Shown here: positions 26,521-40,587 of the stretch, in pieces
Layout of the letters: each line of letters opens with the position of its first letter
Position numbering within the stretch: position 1 is the first letter of the stretch
The notes under the pieces: generated by a model
The model's database searches: none
What the model was told of the DNA's origin: nothing
What the model saw: the letters and a program-made list of their open reading frames with translations, nothing else
Translations under genes and position numbers: made by a program
From: Camelus dromedarius
Lineage: Eukaryota
DNA length: 64,000 nucleotides
Reading direction: 5' to 3'
Assembly: GCF_036321535.1 (NCBI RefSeq)
Contig: NC_087437.1
Coordinates: forward strand, 49,292,001-49,356,000

Positions 26521-28199
26521 GTCATTAATTCTTAATTCTATTTTGTATTAGTTGTGTCTATGAAAACATGCACAGTCAGACATTTGGCATTACAAAAAAT
26601 GCATTTATTGAATGTTTAACATTTGAAAATGTATATTGTGTTGTATAGGCAAATAATTAACAAACCTCCTATATTGAGTTTGTTTTGACCCAATTCTGCA
26701 TTGAGTTTTTATAGCCCTGGTTTGTTAAAGTACTAAAACAAAGCAAATATTTGAATTCTGGTTCCTGTTTGCTGTTAGTATCAAGTATCTTCACATGACT
26801 AAGTTTCAACTTTGCACCTATGAGGCCCAACCAGGCCTCTGGCTGCATTGAGTAATTAAGTTTTAGTTAAGTGTTGTTGGCAAATCTTTCATCTTTTTTG
26901 ATACTTTAGGCCTGTTTTGAGTACTGCATGCAAAGCCCAGTTTGACCTATCAGTCAAAAAATAATGAAACTGGTTGTTTACTTTTTAAAAAATAAGAAAC
27001 TGGACTAATTTAAATGGTCAAATTATTCCAAGCAGACTGGTTTGCATGTGTAGACTATCCACAGTATTAATGCTATTATTGTATTTAATTAAATTGTTGA
27101 AAAATTTCAGTGTAATTTTTTGTAGATCAATTCAAATATTACTAGGTCTGGATGGAAGGAAGAAGAAAGTGGGAAATATAATTATTTACTCATGGCAAAA
27201 TATGACACAATTTTTGCTTTAAAATAAACTCCATGCATTATAAATGAGTATTTGTTTTTGGAGGCTGCGTTCAGTCAGAAAAAAAAAAAAAACTTGCAAA
27301 TTGCTTCCTTCTTTTGGAATATGTCTTCACCAGTAAGTGTACTGGAGATTATTCTACATTAAAGTGGTTTCTAAAGTGGTTCTAAAATTAGAACATTTAC
27401 TTCAGACATGACTTATTTTGATACATCATAAAATTTTGTGAAGAACAATTTTGAAGCGAGGTTTAAGATTGCAGTGTTCTCTATTTTAGTGACTAGAGAA
27501 CTGGATAGTAAATTTCAGAATTTGGATATTCATCCAAAATTAGAAGCTAAAGAAGCACTGGAGTTTGCTGCAATTAAGGCATGGGTGTGTGGAGGCCTCA
27601 TAAGCCTACTTGCAACAAGCCACCAGTATCTGTTAAATAATCACTCAGCATCAATAGACTCTATTGAAATTCCCTAACTCAGCTAATACTTGTCCATTAA
27701 TTCTCAACACATCTTCATAAGTAAAGATACTAATAAAAATTTATTTTGCAATTAGAATTCAGAGAATATGCTTTGCTGAAGATGAGGGTGAAATTGATAA
27801 AGTTTAGTTTGGTGTACAGATTGAGCATAGTGAGGCAACCTGTATACAACAGGGAGAGAGAGAACGTATGTGCATGTATATATACGTACATATACACATT
27901 TATGAAATATATGTATATAATACAAATATAACATAGATATTGGTATGAATGTCATGATATCAAATTCTTTATGCTAACATAAGTTTTAGTTAGAATCAAG
28001 CTGACTGTAAACAACAAAAACCAATTCTAACTAACCTAAACAGTAAATGGAAATCTTGAGGCCTCCTGAATTAACTGAAAATTCCAGATAAAGATAATTG
28101 ATGTTGTTCCGGAGTGATCTTTATTATTCCATAGAATCTTGAGTAAATATGAAAGCGAGCTTGTGAATGATGGTTTTATATGATGAGTGTACTTCTGTC

Positions 28200-28335
28200 T
28201 ACGGATGTATCTAAATATCTGTCTCCTCTCCCACGCTGAAGGCAGGAATCCCATTGTCTTTGCATTCTTCATAGCACTTGCTATAATGCTGTGCACATGC
28301 TATGTGCTTAGTAAAAAGTTCTGAACTGAAATGAA
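28200..28335 (+). mobile_element. L2 3' end
   Basis: 'gaaggcaggaatcccattgtctttgcattc...gtgcttagtaaaaagttctgaactgaaatgaa'. Confidence 0.6.
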
Positions 28336-28839
28336 TAGTTGATTCTAGTTCTTAAGCAGGGCACTTTCTGCATTCTGAAAATAGGCTGGCTGTTTTCCTT
28401 CAAGCAGCTGTCAAATGTCATGATTCACGTGTGTGTATTTGATGAAGAGACCTTGCTCTAACGGTAAACATTATGACCTCATAATAGTTGTCCAGCAGCC
28501 TACATAACAAAAACTGTGTTTGTTGCCTGGTTTCCAGGTTGAAGTTGAACACTGGAGTGTTTCAGAAATATTAGAGTCTATGGATGACAAGGTTATACTT
28601 ACAGAGATTTTCCTCTAATATTTGTAGGCAGATTGACTTAACCTGTTTTTTTTTTTTTAATGGGATGGAGATTTTTAGAAAGAAGAATATCTACCAATTA
28701 AAATTTATTTTGTGAACTTTTGCTTTAAATGTAGGTCAAATCTTCCATTTATGCTACTATTAATGAATCATATTGGTGTCGTAGTTAATAGTCTATAAAT
28801 TGCTTTCCCATTCATAAATTTCATCATCCATGTAGGAAA

Positions 28840-29390
28840 AAAACTTAAGGGTTTTAGTTAACAGCATGTAAAAAGTGAACCAACAAGTGCTTAGCTACCA
28901 AGAAACGTAATGCAATTTCAGACTGCATTAATAGAAGTAAAGTGTCTGAACAAAGGAGGTGATAGTTTTACTGCAGTCTGTGCCAGTTAGAAAACATCTG
29001 GGGCATTGTGTTCAGCTCTGGGCTTCATCAAGTCTTAAGAGGGACATTGATTGACACAACTGGAGCTTGTCCAAAGGAGAGCAACCCAGAGGATGTGAGA
29101 TCTGAGGAGGCCAAATCATGTGAGGAACAGCTGAAAGGGCTGAAGATATTTGGTCTGAAAAAAAAAAAAACTTAATTGAAAAAAATAGTAACAGCCTTTA
29201 AATGTTAATGGCTATCATAACCTTTCCATATATCTACTTAGAATGCAGAACAGTGACTAAGAGCTGAAAGTTACATATTTCAGTTCAATATTTTTTTTAA
29301 AAGCCCTAACCCTCAAAAAGTTGTTTTCAGATGACATAATGGTTTACCTGTCACTGGAAGTGATAACTCAAAATCTACATGATCTTTTGT
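28840..29390 (+). mobile_element. L3/CR1 LINE fragment
   Basis: 'gactgcattaatagaagt...catctggggcattgtgttcagctctggg...gaggaacagctgaaagggctgaagatatttggtctg' follows the recalled CR1/L3 consensus. Confidence 0.85.
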
Positions 29391-29399
29391 CAGGAATAT

Positions 29400-29575
29400 C
29401 GGCTCCACCATCTATTAGTTATGTGACTTTGGACAAGTTCATCTCTAAGCCTCTGTTTTGTTTTTGAAAATAGATTTTTTAGGACTGCTGTGAGGATTAC
29501 ATGAAATGATGCAAGTTAGGCCATCAACACAGTATCTGCTCAGAGTAGGTGCTCAATGAAGGGCAGCATTATTAT
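29400..29575 (+). mobile_element. MIR SINE
   Basis: 'ggctccaccatctattagttatgtgactttggacaagtt...ctgctgtgaggattacatga...gtaggtgctcaatgaa'. Confidence 0.8.
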
Positions 29576-30124
29576 CTAGTAGCTTGAGAACGGCATCTCT
29601 AAACCGAGAATAGGTAAGAATAATACGGGGTTTAACTTCTTAGTTCCTTATACACAACCAAAAGTTGACAGAGGTTGGTCCTCAGTATGTAATACAGTGA
29701 TTGATTTTAATGATTCTCTTGTCTTAAGTTTTATTGGAAGCCTTAGCCAAGGGAAATATAATTTTTCTTCATAATCAAAAGAGGTTTATGGAATATCTCA
29801 TTGACTTTATGGAATGCCATAAAGTATTAATGTTAAGCATTTGGGAAGGAGAGTTACTCAAGAAGAGGCAGCAGAGATGGAAGAGGGAAGTTACTGAGCC
29901 AAGCAAAGGCTAACTTACAGTTTGTTGATGTATCTTATACATAAGCAATAACTTGAGGCACTTAAAAGTGGAATACAGAGGACAGAAACATAACATGTAG
30001 ACCAAAGGCAACATATAATTTATGACAATTTATTCCATTCAAATTGCAAACATATGTTAAGCACCATGTCAGCCTTTGAAAAATAAAAACTGGACATAGG
30101 AAATATAGAAATAACTATAGGAAA

Positions 30125-30268
30125 GATCTTATGGTAGCTCACAGAGAAAAAAAAATGTGACAATGAATATATATATATATGTTCATGTATAACTGAAAAA
30201 TTGTGCTCTACACTGGAATTTGATACAACATTGTAAAATGATTATAAATCAATAAAAAATGTTAAAAA
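30125..30268 (+). mobile_element. Young, extremely 5'-truncated camelid LINE-1 3' end
   Basis: Perfect 16-bp TSD aaataactataggaaa at 30109-30124 and 30269-30284; L1-type terminus 'acaacattgtaaaatgattataaatcaataaaaaatg' plus A tail. Confidence 0.85.
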
Positions 30269-30429
30269 AAATAACTATAGGAAATGATGCCGGCCCTGAC
30301 GATTTTATACAGTGTAGTCTGAGAGATAGGAATACATAGAACTCATCATAAATCCAAACAAAGAAATTTAAACCAAATGCTGTGGGAAAATAAGAGTAAG
30401 AAGCAATAAATATAAAGGAAGTATAAAGC

Positions 30430-31010
30430 CAGCTCAGGGAGTTGGGCAAGTTTTGCAGAAGTGAAATTGGTACTGGTCCTTTCTTTACATGGTGAAAGGA
30501 GGACAAGCATTCAAGACCTGGAGAACAGCATTAGTCAAGGTGAGGAGATAAGGAAGAGCATCAGTCTTCCAGGGAAGGCAGCTGTCTGGAGTGGCTTGAA
30601 TCCAGATCATGAGGAAGGAAGGAGTGGCAGGAGATGAGCCAGGAAAGGTAAGTGTGGTCAGATGTTAAGGAATGGAAAACCATGCTGAGTAACTGAATCA
30701 AGAAAGAATTATTGGGGGAGAAGTTCCATGAGAACATATTCCCTGTTATGTATCCCACGTGGAGTCACTGACAACTTCTTCAGGCTGGAATGTAACAAAA
30801 TACCTCAGAAAGGTTGGTAACCTAATGTTGAGACAATTGGTCAAGGACTCAGACTGAGGAATTGAGAGAGATATCACTTGGAGCTCCGTAGAGGTTCTTG
30901 AATGAGAAGTGGAATGATGAAAATTATGTTTAAGGAAGGTCAGACACACAATCATAAAGATCACAGAAGGGGGAGACTAGAGGCAGGGAATTGTGCTATG
31001 AAACAATGGA
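30430..31010 (-). mobile_element. L2 LINE fragments
   Basis: 'ggaggacaagcattcaagacctggagaacagc', 'ggagatgagccaggaaaggtaagtgtggtcagatg' and 'ggagactagaggcaggga'. Confidence 0.65.
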
Positions 31011-31669
31011 AGGAGCTAGGAAAATAGAGCAGGATTGATAAAGAAATATATAGGGAAGGAGAAGAGTAAAAATTACTTACAAATCTATGTCTCCAAAGTT
31101 GGTGATGTGTTGCAGCCAAGAGAGTCTATGGCTCATTTCGGGCCTTTTGGTTCCTTTTGGGTTCCAGTAGTCAACTGCTGTCCTGCATTTAAAAAAATAG
31201 TAAAAATAAAGATAACAAATCAAACAAGCAAACACACAATCTTTTTGAAAGTCTGCTTGTTTATTCCCCAATTTTAGTTGTATCCAATCACAAGAACCTC
31301 TTAACCAGAAATGTAATTCCTACAATAAGGAAGGGAGTTTCTATATAATGAAATGAAAAAAGGATGCCTCATAATTATTAATTTTCACCAATTATATTTA
31401 TAAGGAATAGTCAGCAAATAGACTTTTACTCTTTGAAGTTTTGAAGTTTTGTGAGCAATTCTACAGTGTAATTTCTGCTACTCACAGACTGGAGCATCCT
31501 AAACCTGTCTGTGAAGCAAGCTTTCTCATGTGTGTGCATGACAATTCTAGGCCACATCTAAACTCAATCCTATGAATTAAGGTGCAATTTCCTCTCAGTT
31601 TATTATCTTAAACTGAAAACATCAAAAGTCATGGTATTTTAATATCTTTTAACTCAGCTTTCTAAGTAT

Positions 31670-32050
31670 TTGTCATTGAAAATTTTCATGGATATATTCA
31701 AAGATCTTGTTTGCATGGATACTTTGACTTCAGTAGCAAAAGGAGGGCAATCTAAATGTCCCATAAAATTGAATTAATTAAATTATGACAAGGCTATATG
31801 ATATACAATGAAATATTCTACCGCCTAATAAAAATGTTACATCAATAGACTACTTAATGCTGTAATGTTCATAATATATTGTTAAGTGGAAAAACAGGTC
31901 ACAAAATAGCCTGTACTATTTAATCGTATTTTTGTAAAAATTAATGCATATTCATAGAAAAAGAATGGTGTCAATTTTTATATTCTTCTTTGGCCTTTCA
32001 GTATTTTCTAGAATAAATATGTAGAAAATAATACTTTTTAAATAAAGAAA
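31670..32050 (+). mobile_element. Ancient L1ME 3' end
   Basis: 'atgttcataatatattgttaagtggaaaaacaggtcacaaaatagc'. Confidence 0.65.
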
Positions 32051-33439
32051 GTACTTGAAAGCTATTGCTTTAATGACATGTCAGTAGACTTATTTCAAGC
32101 TTAAAAACATCAATGTATTTGTCAAACTCAATTTGTGGCTAAGGCATTTTTCAAAACAACTTCTTTAATTCTTCACTTGTGTGAAATTCATTGCAACAGT
32201 GAGAATGGTATAATCTGAGTCCCCGAAAGAAAAAAGATGAGTAGTTTAATTGTAGTCAAGAAATGATTTTTTTGTTGTTGTTCCTGTAACTATGTAGTCA
32301 GAATGATTCTTTGGGTCTTTTGGTTCAATCTGACAGTCTCAGCTCTACATTTGTTGGTTGTGTATGTGTGGACCACATGGAGTGAGTTTGGAAGAAGTCA
32401 AGGGTGTAAAAGTGATGAAAGGGGACTTTCTGCTTGGATAGTTGTCCTTTGAATGCTAGTACAACTGTGACAAGCAGGGAAATACCTTTGAAAGGAAAAA
32501 TCAGGAAGCTACTTGGGAGAGAAAGAGAAAGATAGAGGAATCTCTGTTGTTAGAAGGAAAGCTTTATAACAGCATGTTTTCATGCTAAAGATGAAAAAAA
32601 TGGCCATCCAAAGAGCTGAACTGAGATTATGAAACGACTGACATGTGACTTTCAGAGTGTCCTAGGCAATATGATGATCAGATGAGGGATAGCTAGTGTG
32701 TGCAAAATGCTCAGCAGAACCTGAACTGGTCACCCTCCCCTTGGCCATGTGACTCTGATACAAAGCATGAGACCTGTCTTTTGGAAGTGAGGGAGGAGGT
32801 AGGGAAAGAAAGAGAAAGGCAAATCTTGAGAGAGAGGTGTGCACAAACAATGGCATAAGAAAGAAGCTCAGAAACATGTAGTTTGATATAGTGTGAAAAT
32901 CAAACTAAAGCCCTTAATGAAAACGGTTGTGGTTTCTCCGTCAGTCAACCCAATGAAAGATAAAATAATGCAGATGAAAGGGAAGAATGTGATGGCAATC
33001 TTAATGATCATAGAAGCTACTTTTAGAGAGAGATGCTGCAACCAGAGAACGTTTGCCCACATTATTTCCTCTATTTCTTCTTCCTTATTATTGTATATCA
33101 ACACTCAACTATGCTTGGTCCCATCTCAAGGCCATTTAGTCTAAAAAGCTTTATTTGATCCTTTCCACTGTTACAAATAGTTTATCTCAACTCTGAACTA
33201 CCTCATTTCTACTCCTCTCCAGGCTCTTTCCATTCAATTTAACTAGAATTTCTAATCACATACTGTGTATGAGATATTCCACCAGAAGCTAGAAATACAT
33301 CTCCACATACACACAAATATATTCCATGTCCTCAAGAACTTAATAATATAAATGGGAAATAATGATGCTATATAATAATTCACTGTGAGTCAGTGTGAAA
33401 AATTCAAGAAGAGAAACATACTAAATACACCAGTGTCTC

Positions 33440-34322
33440 AAAGGAGTGATCAGACCCCATCTCAGTTAATGGCCCCCCTATTCACCCAGTTGCGTGAGCC
33501 CAAAACCGTGATGGTTATGTTGGAGTCCTTTTATCCCTATAGGCTCCACATCCAGTTTGTCAGCAAGCTTGTAAACTGTCCTTCCAGAACATAGCCTGGA
33601 TCCACTCACTTTTCTCCTTTTCTACTACTGCTACCATTTCTTGCCCTATCAGTCTCCTTATGAATCTTTCTGCTTCCGGTCTTGCCCTCCTGCAATCCAT
33701 TCTCCAAAAAGAAGTCAGGCAGGTCTTTCTGAAGTGTTAATTCAATCATATCTCTCTATTGCTCATAACTTACTGAAGAGGTTTCTAGATCCACATAAAA
33801 TCAAAACTTCTTCCCATGGCCCACAAGTCTTGATCCAACCTCTGATCCCCTCACCAGCTTTATTTCCTACCTCTTTCATCCTCTCCATAAGTTTCTACCC
33901 ACACTACTCCCATTTCTGTTCTCAGGGAGAACAAAGTTCTAATTTTGGCATCTTCACACTTTCTGTTCCTCCTGCCTGGAAACCTCTTCCCTGAGAGCCC
34001 CTCATGGCTCTTCTCATTATTAATTACTAGCAATGAAGACTTATCCGTGCCTTGGGTGTCTTCAACATCACTTTCTTGACCATCCTACTTTAAATAGATA
34101 ACTACTGTAGCCACTCCTTCTCCTCCTACTCTCCATTTTATTCCTGTGTCTGTGTCTTTTACACAAATTTTGAAATCCAAAATTATCTTTATCTACTTAT
34201 TTGTTGGCCCGTCTCCCCCACTACGAAGCAAGAAACTATTTATTTCAGTCCCACCTATCAGCAAAGCTCAGCTCAGTCCCTGGCCTCTTGTAGGTGCACA
34301 GTAAATATTTTTGAATAATATT
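33440..34322 (+). mobile_element. L2 LINE (long 3' portion)
   Basis: 'ccccatctcagttaatggc...attcacccagttgc...ctcctgcctggaaacctcttccc...gtaggtgcacagtaaatatttttgaat'. Confidence 0.85.
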
Positions 34323-34324
34323 AA

Positions 34325-34570
34325 TCCCAGTTATCACCTATGTAATACTGACTGTGTACCAGGCACTGTTCTAGCACTTTATGTATATTGACTTAGTTAA
34401 TCTTTACAACAATTCTATAAGATACTGTTATCAGCCTTATTTTACAGGTAGGAAACAGAGATACCAAGAGGCTAAGTAACCTGTCCAAAGTTACATAACT
34501 CTTAAGTGTCAGAACTAGGATGCCAACACTGAGTCTAACTCTAGAGTGTCTGTTCCTAATCTCTACACAG
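34325..34570 (-). mobile_element. MIR SINE (near full length)
   Basis: 'tgtgtaccaggcactgttctagcacttta...attttacaggtaggaaacagagataccaagaggctaagtaacctgtccaaagttaca'. Confidence 0.9.
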
Positions 34571-35264
34571 TACTGCTTCTGCAGTTGAACTCAGTGTTGA
34601 ACTCTGCTTATGTGGAAAGGATAATTGCTCAGAGGAGAAAATGCTGCAGTGAAGTTTTGAAAGACAACTAAGAATTTGCTAGGGAATAAATGAACGAGAG
34701 GCATTCTAAGTTGAGGGAAGAGTGCATTAAAACATTTGCATTTTGTAATAATCATTTCTATATATCTTTCTTTTCATATCTGCATATACCTTAAATTTCA
34801 AATAATATTTATTATGTATCTGTGTGCCCTGAATGGTGCACATATGTATTAGTTTTTAACATCTTTTTCTGGTAAGGCCTTTGGACAAGAATCTAGAAGA
34901 ACTGTGTTCTAACCCCCATTCTAAGAATTTCAAATTTCTATGTCCTCTTAATTTGGGGTGTACTTCATCCTCCAGAGGATTAGCAGATAATCCTCCATCC
35001 TGGGATGCTGGGAGCTCTCAAGGAGATTATAGATGTAAAAGATGAGTAAAGACTGTAAAGGCACAAGAGAAAAATCCTGTTCCTTCCCTCATGCAGCTTA
35101 GTTTAGTTTAATAATTACAATAGTTTCCCCACACCTTAAAGTCCAGATCTGTCAATTGTAAATTTCCTTTCTTGACTCAGTTAACTTAGTAAAGCTGTTT
35201 AGCTCAGCTTTCTTTTCATGAGATCCAATTCCTTACTAATCCTAATACCTGCCCTAGTATATTG

Positions 35265-38150
35265 TTAAGATTTTGATTGGGATTGCATTACTCTGTGGAT
35301 CAATTTGGGACAAATAACATCTTCATATGAAGTTTTTCAGCCCATGAATATGCTATATTTCTCCATTAATTTAGGTCTTTTAAAAATTTTCCCAATAGTT
35401 TTCTTTGTAGAGATCTTTCCTAAGCATTTAATGATTTCTTATATTCTTATACATGATATGATTTTTTAAATTTCATTTTTAATTGTTTTTTACTGTTTAT
35501 AGAAATATGATAGATTTTTATATATTGACCTTGTATCTGTCATTTTTCTAAGAATTACCTGTTAATTCCAATTGTTTATCTGTAGATTATTTTATATTTT
35601 CTACATATACAATTATGTAATCTGCAAAAAATGATCATTTTATTTTTTCCTTTCTAAACATTATGCATATTATTTTTCTTCCGTTATTGCATTCCCTAAG
35701 ACCTTACCCTACTATAATGTTGAACAGTAGTAATAGAAGACACCCATATCTCATTCCAAATTTCAGAGGGAAAGTTTTCAAGATTTTACCATTAATTATC
35801 ATACTTGCTGTAAGTTTTTTGTAGATACCCTTTATTTGCTTAAGAAAGTTCCCTCCTATTTTTGACTTGCTATGAGTTTTTAACATAGATGATACTGAAT
35901 TTCATCACATGCTATTTCTGAACCTGTTGAAATGATCATATGATTTTCTCTAGTTATTTCATTAATGTGGTGACTTAAAATAAATGATTTTCAACTGTTA
36001 AACCAACCTTCTTGCATTGCTGGAATAAACCCAATTTGGTCATGGTGTATTATCCTTTTTAAACATTGCTGGATTTGGTCTGCTAGTACTTTTTTCAAGC
36101 TCTTTCCATCTATGTTCCTAAGAAAGAAAGAGAGAAACAGAAGAAAAGAGGGAGGGAAGGAGGAAGGGAGGAAAAGTGCCCTGTAATTTAATTTTTTATA
36201 ATATTCTTACTAAGTTTTAGTATCAAGGTTATGCTAGCTTCATGAAATGATTTAGAAGGTTTTTCCTCTTTTTCTTTTCTCTTGAGAAGTTTGTATAATT
36301 TGGGATTTATTTCTTCCTTAAAACTTGGGTAGACACCATCAGGTGTCTATAGGCCTATAGCTTTAAACTATAGATTCCATTTCTTTCATAAATATAGATA
36401 AGTCAGATTTTCTATTTCCTCTTGGTCAGCTGTATTTTTACAGGACTCTGTACACTTCATCTAAATTTGTATGTTTATTGATATAAAAATATTTATAATA
36501 TCTTTTAATTGTCATTTTTTAACTGTGAGATCTCCAGTCTTGTCTGATATTATTTGTACCTTTCCTCTCTTTTTTTCTTTGATCAATATACTTCCTATAG
36601 ATGTGTTTTTTTTTCTTTTCCAGTTTCTTGAGGTATATGCTTAAATCTTATATTTTTAACATTTATTTTTCTTTAATATATGTACTTTGGCTCTAAATTT
36701 CCATCAAGCATCCATAACTGCATTCCATAAATTTTGATATATCATATTTTCATTATCATTCAATTCAAATATTCTCTAATATCCAGAATGACATTTTTCT
36801 TTAACCCCCTTGCATATTTAAAAATTTATTGTTTAATTCCTAATCTTTGTGGGTTTTAGCATTGTTGTTGTTATTGATATTTAATATATTTCCACTATGG
36901 CCAGAGAAAATGCTCTGAATAATTTTAATCTTTTGAAATTTTTTGTGACTTGTTTTATAGCTGAGTATATGTCAGTTTGGATAAATGTTCCATGTACACT
37001 AAAAAGAAAGCAGTTTGGGGTGAAGTTCCCAGTTTGTTACTTAAATCATCTGTATTCATACCACTTTTTTGTCTACTTGTTTCATCAGTTATTGAGAGAA
37101 GAGTTTTAAAATATTTCAACATGATTGTGGATTTGTCTCTGTTTTCTTTTAATCCTGTCCATTTCTGCTTTATATTTTTGAACCTGTGTCATTAGGTGCC
37201 TACAAAGTCAGAATTTTTCCTCTTTCTGGTGAACTGAAACTTTCATCATTATGAAAAGTATAAGTCTGCTGATGTATTACTTTTCCCATTTTGTTCGTAT
37301 GAGAATGACTTCATTTTTGAAAGACATCCTTACTGAGTATAGAATTCTAGGTTGACAGTTATATTCTTTCAATACCTTGAAAACTTTTGACTTACATTGT
37401 TTCTTTTGAGGAAATAACTATATTATTCTTACTTGTTTGAAAATAATGTTTCTTTTTTCTCTCTGTGCTTTCAGATTTTTCTCATTGACTTTGTTTTCCA
37501 GTTGTTTCACTATTATGTGCTTAGCAATGTTTGTCTTTGTAGGGTTTACCATCCTTCTTTAAAATGTGGCTTGGGAAGTTCTCAGCCATTATCTCTTCAC
37601 ATATTGCCTCTTATCCATTCTCTTTCTACTCTGTTGTCTACAAATATATTTGATATGCCTTTTATACTTTTTTCTGTATTTTCATTTCTTTATCTCTCCA
37701 TGCTTGTCATGTTTGTTCTGGAACCATATCCCACTTCATAAATTCTTTCTTAAACTGTATCTAGTTGGCTGTTAAACCCAGTTATTATATTTTTCATTTC
37801 TAGAATTTAACTTTAATCTTTTTTTATAGTTTTCAATTCCCTGTTGAAATTTTCTTGCAGTTTAATTCCTTGGACATATGGAACATAGTAATTTTTAAGC
37901 CTATGTTTGATAACTCCATATCTGTATCTCCTGCATATTTGTTTTTAGTATCTGCTTTTTCTTTTTTTTTTTTTTTTTTTTTTTGCTTCATTTTATGATT
38001 TTAAAGATATTTTGATGCTTTGGATCATGGTATTTTTCTTTAGAGTGAATTTACATTGGTGTCTGGTAAAAAGCAAAGCTAGGACCCTACCAATCTCAGA
38101 TCATCTTAATCCAATTAGGAAATGAATTTATCCAAATCTGGGCTTTAATT
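35265..38150 (-). mobile_element. Long ancient LINE-1 (L1M) with RT and endonuclease remnants
   Basis: ORF 35704..35886 (GNFLKQIKGIYKKLTASMIINGKILKTFPLK) is an L1 RT-region remnant; T-rich strand throughout. Confidence 0.85.
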
Positions 38151-38199
38151 CTGGTAAGGGATGGCAAACCTAGGCTATCCATGAACTTGGGGGGTGGGA

Positions 38200-38490
38200 T
38201 GCTCATGAACCTTCAGGGAATCTTCCCATGAGGGGTGTTACTGAACTTTCTGAGAGGCTGGCCAGGGTGCCAGGGAGCTCAGCAGGAACCTGATCACTGG
38301 GGCAGCCGCTGCATTTGCTGGGAGTCACCTTCATGTCAGGGGAAGGGGTGTCTGAAGTTCACTAGTTGTGAGCCCCAGTGGGTGTGCAAGAGTTCCCACT
38401 GAGCAGCATGACAGCAAGAAGAAGGGCACACTCAAACTAAGAAGAAAAGAGGCTTAAAACTGCTCATCCCCACACTGTATTATCAAAGAT
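38200..38490. mobile_element. Possible ERVL LTR fragment (LTR41/LTR50-like)
   Basis: GC-richer block with 'gctgggagtcacc...gcacactcaaactaagaagaaaa'; only a weak resemblance to the recalled consensus. Confidence 0.35.
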
Positions 38491-39013
38491 CTGAAAACAA
38501 ACTTTCAACAATAGATGAATAGAAAAATAAAATATGATATATTTATAAAACAGTTCAGTAGAGTTGAAATAATTTGGTCCTACATGTAACAACATAGACA
38601 TATCTCAAAATATAACTTTTAGTAAAAATTTATAGACATATAATTTATAGTAACTTTTTTTAATGATTCAAACTTTTTATTTTTTCCCTTTTTTCAGTTT
38701 TATTGCATAGAATTATTGCAGTTTGCACATATACATTATATTGCATGTAAATACATATATACAGTATACTGCACTTTTTTTTAGTTTTCATATATGTACT
38801 AATTATTGTTTCTAAGAACAGATTAGATGTCTAGCTTTTTAAACTTACATGGTTATCAAAGGAATAAAGCCAACTACAAAATAAGAATCAACAGAATGCG
38901 GTAATCCAATCATAAAGGACAGTCAAATGTGCTTACCCATGAATAATAACTTTTAAAATATACAGAACCATGCAAATGTACTTAGTGATGTATATGTAGG
39001 GATGGCTGTACTC

Positions 39014-39250
39014 TGAGGGTTTCCCAACCTGTGCTCTGGAGGATTCTAATAGTATTCTGTGAGGAAAAAAATCTTCATGCTTAAATAAGTTTAATCTTGA
39101 CTGGTTCCAATATATGCTGGCATATTCTGAAGGACCGGGGAACATTTAAAACAATTTATTTAACCCAAACTTTCCTGACCCCAGATTTTTTCTAAATGAT
39201 ACTCATTAATATCTCACTGGACACTACTCCATACAGCACAGATTAGATAA
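39014..39250. mobile_element. MER103-like hAT-Charlie MITE
   Basis: 'gtttcccaacctgtgctctggagg...aaaaaaatcttcatgcttaaataagttt' with a degenerate inverted copy at the far end. Confidence 0.6.
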
Positions 39251-40211
39251 GTATTGATTTGCTAAAATAAACCATAGTTATGCATAATTCAATCTGTAAA
39301 TTTGTGAGAAAGAATTATGCTATTAAAGAAATCATCCCCTTGTTTGAGTTTGATTTCTCAAACAATAAACAGTTCTCCCAGTGTTTGATTTTACACCTTA
39401 TCAACCCATTTGTGATACCCTAGTTCAAGGCTTTATTTTCAACTGAAACATCATTTGTAGAAGAAAATATTACAAAAGAAAAGTGGTATGACCTATATGT
39501 CCATTCCAATCCCACCAATTTTCCTGATTCTACACAAGCTCAATCAGTTGTAACACCCTTTAATTATCCACTAAAATAGTCGTTTTCCAGTTCAAAGCAT
39601 TCAAAACCTACAAAAGCTTATGTTTGGGGCAGTGATTGACAGTACTCTTTTGGGGGTGGGAACACAGAAATGCAGCTAATTCTTCACTAATTCTTCTTAT
39701 GGATGTTCTCATAATTGAAAAGCATGAACTTAGATTTTGTAAATATCACTTGCCTAGTCAGGATGTTTGATTCTTAAGTGAATTAAGGAATTCATAAAAG
39801 CAATATAAATGAAAATATACCATCAGGTCATTGGCTGGTACCATTTGGTATAATTTGCTGACCTAAATGTTTGTCAGTTTTTCTATAAACACATAAATTC
39901 CACTGGAATATTAATTTGTAAAATTGTAAGAAAGGCTTGCCAGGGGTAACTTAGTCAAGAGTTGAAAATTGGCACTACATTTAAGTGTTGAGAAAGGATT
40001 ATTTATTCTCCTTTAAAGTTCTTTCATATATGGCATTGACTCTTTTCTGGTATCACAAAAATGTCCAGACATTCATTTATTCAACAAAGTTTTCTTTTTT
40101 AACCTGCCAGGCACTAACCAGCTTTAAGCTAATGTTGGCCAACTCAACTCGTCTATAAAAATGACTAATGAGACCATAGAAAAAGCTGTATGATCTTGGA
40201 ATGGTGTTATC

Positions 40212-40545
40212 CCTTCATTCAATGAATTATTTTTGAGCACCTACTATGTGACAGACATTTTTCCAGACACAGAAGATTATGACAGAGGTGAACAAAAAAG
40301 ATAAAATCTTTGAGCAGTCTAGTGATTAGGGAGATATTAATCAAGTAGTCATGATAAAAGATGATGATTATGACTATAGGGGCAATACACGTTGATCTTT
40401 GAGAAGTTAACTAACCCTTGTTCATTTATTTAACAAATAATATTTTTACTGCCTAATATGTGCTAGGCATTGTTCTAGGAACTGGAGGTACAGTAAGAAA
40501 CAAACCAAAGTATCTGTCCTCATGGAGCAGCTGTTCTCACAGAGG
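40212..40545 (-). mobile_element. Two L2 3' end fragments
   Basis: 'ttcattcaatgaattatttttgagcacctactatgtgacagaca' and 'tatgtgctaggcattgttctaggaactggaggtacag'. Confidence 0.8.
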
Positions 40546-40587
40546 TCAAATCTGCCACACTGGTCTTTATTGGCACCACGCACCAAA

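Noticed and set aside
39014..39250. Long degenerate hairpin as a possible miRNA precursor
   Set aside because: Explained by the terminal inverted repeats of a MER103-like MITE; no recognisable miRNA.
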